Source of the DNA: Candidatus Saccharimonadota bacterium
GTDB lineage: Bacteria > Patescibacteriota > Saccharimonadia > Saccharimonadales > Saccharimonadaceae
Length of the DNA: 38,785 nucleotides
Reading direction: 5' to 3'
Assembly: GCA_017420185.1 (NCBI GenBank)
Contig: JAFOJM010000041.1
Location: 1-38,785, forward strand
Part shown: positions 35,769-38,785 of the stretch, piece by piece
Numbering within the stretch: the stretch's first letter is position 1
How the letters are laid out: every line of letters begins with the position of its first letter
Notes under the pieces: generated by a model
Told to the model about the DNA's origin: nothing
What the model saw: only the letters and a program-made list of their open reading frames with translations
Database searches by the model: none
Position numbers and translations under genes: made by a program

Positions 35769-35807
35769 TAGATCACCTCCTCAATTGGGTATAGCCTCGA
35801 CACAAGA

Positions 35808-36029
35808 TCATTCCAACAATTTGATGTCCGCTATCACTACGTAGTCGACCATGAATTTCCTTTTACCTTCTGCTCTCGCAAGGTCAGAGATTTCTTTAAT
35901 TGTTTTTTTCGCATCCGCGAGTTCGCAGTCGCTGATTTTTTATCTGTATAATAAAAAAAATGAGCCGGTAAATTCACCTTCTCTACTACAACAACGATAA
36001 AGGTAAATTATAAGGTATGTATATGTCAT
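35808..36029 (-). pseudogene. 73-codon ORF interrupted by one in-frame TAA (35940-35942)
   Basis: SD GAAAGGGGG and promoter upstream; MTYTYLIIYLY...LLYR*KISDCELADAKKTIKEI...KLLE. Confidence 0.4.
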
Positions 36030-36153
36030 AAAGTACACCCCCTTTCTATTTTGATTATATCATATCTTGCCGAAAAATGCAAGATTAGGTTGGCACCTGT
36101 GGCATAATTATAGGGAGCTTATTGTGCGCATTTTACATTGGAGGTGAGACAGT

Positions 36154-36294
36154 ATGGGTGTGATGTTAGGGTGGACTGCCTTCGGGCTTGCAGTACTAAG
36201 ACTTATGTCTATAGTGATCCATGCGGTTTATAACGCAACAGCAAAAGACGACAACTTGACAAATTCAAGCAGTGACAACGCTTTACTGGAGTAA
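36154..36294 (+). CDS. 46-aa single-TM small protein (not in the ORF track)
   Basis: SD GGAGGTG; MGVMLGWTAFGLAVLRLMSIVIHAVYNATAKDDNLTNSSSDNALLE; TGGCATAAT upstream. Confidence 0.5.
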   Translation: MGVMLGWTAFGLAVLRLMSIVIHAVYNATAKDDNLTNSSSDNALLE

Positions 36295-36380
36295 ATTATA
36301 TTTATCGTTTTAGCGTACAAAAGCAATCGCTACGCCTCCATATATATATGGGGGCATTATTTTGTGATAAAATGTTTAAT

Positions 36381-37544
36381 ATGAATGATTTTGATTATCT
36401 TAGTGAGGGAGAAGTATATCTAGACGGAGCGTGCCAGAGCCTGAGGCCGCGGCCAGTGATAGACGCCATAAATAGCTATTATACCGAGCATAATTCTTGT
36501 GGTGAGCGCGTAAAATATAAATGGGGCGTGGCTACCGACGAAAAAGTTGAAGAAGCTAGGGAACTAGTTCTGAAATTTGTCAAATTGCCAGCACGAAAAT
36601 ACAATGTATCTTTTACGCTCAATACCACATATGGGATTAATTTGATTTTGAATCAACTTGAGGCTAAAAATTTTGACAAAGTGATAACAAGTGAGATAGA
36701 ACACAACTCGCCTTTTCTAGCTACTATGGCTTTTAGCGAACGTACAGGGTTGCCGCGCGAAGTAATGACGCGCAACGACGATGGGTCTATTGATATAGCT
36801 AATTATGATTTTACGCGGGCGATTGTAGTGATTAACTGTGTGAGTAATTTTGATGGGCGAAAATTGTTAAACATCAAAGAAATTGTAAAGGCAGTACATA
36901 AAGCCGGCGGGATGATTATTATCGACGCGGCACAGGCTATGGCGCACTCGGCAGATATTGTACGCGGCATAGAGGCAGATGTAATATGTTTTTCGGCGCA
37001 CAAGATGTACGCACCATCACTAGGGGTAATAGTGTGGAATAATGATTTACTGGAGAAATTGACCGATGGATTCCTAGGTGGCGGCATGGTGGACGATGTC
37101 CAAAAAGACAGTTACCTACTATCCGCCGAAGGAAAAGAGCACAGATATACTAGATTTGAGCCTGGGCTCCAGGCTTGGGGTGAAATAGTGGGGCTTGGTG
37201 CGGCTATCAAATGGCTAAACAAGGTACCAAAAGAAGCCTGGCGAAATTTAGAGAGCAATATGCAGGAACTATATGATTTTCTGAGCGGATCAAACAAAGT
37301 TCATATAGTGAATACTACTGCAACATCTACTATGAGTTTTTATGTGGAGGGGCTAGACTCACACTTGCTAGGTAATGCACTGAGTCGCGAAGATATAATG
37401 GCGCGTACCGGATACTTCTGCGTGCACTATTATTTGGACCATGTACTAGGATTACCACCGTTGATGCGATTTTCACTAGGGCTACACAACAGACCAGAAG
37501 ATATAGCAAAAGTTAAAAAGATAATGGAAAAAATCATTTATTAG
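36381..37544 (+). CDS. Class V PLP aminotransferase, SufS/CsdA-like cysteine desulfurase
   Basis: YLDGACQS, EHNS, DAAQ, SAHKM (PLP Lys), RFEPG, RTGYFCVH. Confidence 0.9.
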   Translation: MNDFDYLSEGEVYLDGACQSLRPRPVIDAINSYYTEHNSCGERVKYKWGVATDEKVEEARELVLKFVKLPARKYNVSFTLNTTYGINLILNQLEAKNFDKVITSEIEHNSPFLATMAFSERTGLPREVMTRNDDGSIDIANYDFTRAIVVINCVSNFDGRKLLNIKEIVKAVHKAGGMIIIDAAQAMAHSADIVRGIEADVICFSAHKMYAPSLGVIVWNNDLLEKLTDGFLGGGMVDDVQKDSYLLSAEGKEHRYTRFEPGLQAWGEIVGLGAAIKWLNKVPKEAWRNLESNMQELYDFLSGSNKVHIVNTTATSTMSFYVEGLDSHLLGNALSREDIMARTGYFCVHYYLDHVLGLPPLMRFSLGLHNRPEDIAKVKKIMEKIIY

Positions 37545-37562
37545 TGGTAAAATATATACATT

Positions 37563-38615
37563 ATGGTGTGTATAGCTGCATTTATTATATTAGCGCTGAT
37601 TGGTGTATTTGTTGCAATTATTTCTATTTTTAAGCCCAAAGTCGGTAAAGCTTACTGGAAGATGTTTAAGAAGGCCTGGGGGTGCTTATGGAAAAAAGTG
37701 CGTCTGCAGAAATGCGAAACTGGCTTCAAAGATGACATAAAAAATACTTTACTTAGCCGTGTAATTGTCAAACATCCCAAATGGGTAAAACCACTGTCCG
37801 TAATAATAGAAGTGATATCCGTAGTAGTGGTGGTGGTAGCTGTATGGGCAATACTTACAGCCGTAAAATCACTATTAGCGCTATGGGCACTGGGTAGTTG
37901 CAATGTGACTAAGCCGTCCGCATGCTCGCTAGGCGCGGAAATATGCTCGATAGACGAGAGCGAGCCTTCCAACGTATTAGAAGCTACTGGCAGATGGTTT
38001 GAGGAATGGGGTGAGATATTCGAGGCAATACCTGATAAATTTCATCATTATAATGCCGATGAATACGACTTTAGCTATATAGAGGTCGGCGAGCTTGTAG
38101 ATGGAAAGCCTACAGCCGTAGACATATTCGATCCTGGCTGTTCCGTATGTATGATATCGTATCGCAATCAAAAATCTAGCGGATTCTTCGACCAATATAA
38201 TGTACGATTGGTGCCTTTTGCGATACAGGACGCAGATGATGGCTACAAGTTTAAAAACTCAGAAATAGTGGTACGGTATATGTTTGCCGCAGAAGATGTG
38301 AGACCTGGCACGACCATATATATAATAGATCGTATCTTTACCGGTAAGAACAGCGAAGGGATATCTTACCAGAATAAATTAAATGATGATTACACACGCG
38401 AGCAAGCTACGAATAAGCTAGAGCAATGGCTAAAGGATGTCGGTATGACCGAAGACGAGATTGCGAAAGTTCGCGAAAAAGCATATTCGGGTGAAGTTGC
38501 CGATAAAATGGCCAGTAACCGCAGTGTAGTAGAAAACCAACTACGCATAAAAGGTATCCCTACTATTATATATGACGGCGGGAAACATACTGGACTATAC
38601 AAGGCTAGTGAATAG
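37563..38615 (+). CDS. Membrane-anchored thioredoxin/DsbA-fold protein
   Basis: Two N-terminal TMs, FDPGCSVC (CxxC), IKGIPT (cis-Pro loop). Confidence 0.75.
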   Translation: MVCIAAFIILALIGVFVAIISIFKPKVGKAYWKMFKKAWGCLWKKVRLQKCETGFKDDIKNTLLSRVIVKHPKWVKPLSVIIEVISVVVVVVAVWAILTAVKSLLALWALGSCNVTKPSACSLGAEICSIDESEPSNVLEATGRWFEEWGEIFEAIPDKFHHYNADEYDFSYIEVGELVDGKPTAVDIFDPGCSVCMISYRNQKSSGFFDQYNVRLVPFAIQDADDGYKFKNSEIVVRYMFAAEDVRPGTTIYIIDRIFTGKNSEGISYQNKLNDDYTREQATNKLEQWLKDVGMTEDEIAKVREKAYSGEVADKMASNRSVVENQLRIKGIPTIIYDGGKHTGLYKASE

Positions 38616-38785
38616 TATTTTATATGTATTTTTTACAACACTTTTGCAATGACCGGTGTTAGTTTGGTGGAAAACTTTTTATAAAAAATGCTTGACTTTA
38701 TGGCGTAAGTGATATATTATAATATTAATATTGTATAATATAGACAGGATGCGAGGATGTCTGAAATACCAGAAAAACAAATAAA

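Overview
This window looks like chromosomal DNA of a Patescibacteria/CPR bacterium, most likely Saccharibacteria. That is inferred from the N-terminally extended L1, the NLPY-type PrmC, the FISUMP surface protein and pervasive leaderless genes; the standard code 11 is used. Housekeeping genes (tRNA-Val, prfA-prmC, htrA, lepB, rmuC, glucan phosphorylase, secE-nusG-rplK, rplA, rplJ-rplL, a SufS-like enzyme) are interleaved with accessory genes. The main discovery is a ~9.2 kb insert between rplK and rplA. It encodes a nucleotidyltransferase-motif protein, two paralogous E2-like proteins (one membrane-anchored), a JAB/MPN+ protease and a ubiquitin-like protein ending in Gly, with no E1 in the window. 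These are followed by a pseudokinase-vWA-adenylosuccinate-synthetase-like-SAM-like operon, and together they form a candidate undescribed conjugation/conflict system. Other signals are a probable DGR variable region at the 3' end of the FISUMP gene with a poly-G promoter spacer, a tandem cassette array at the tRNA-Val 3' end, a candidate structured ncRNA upstream of secE, and L1 and L10 leader RNAs. All family calls come from motif recognition by eye; no database searches were run.
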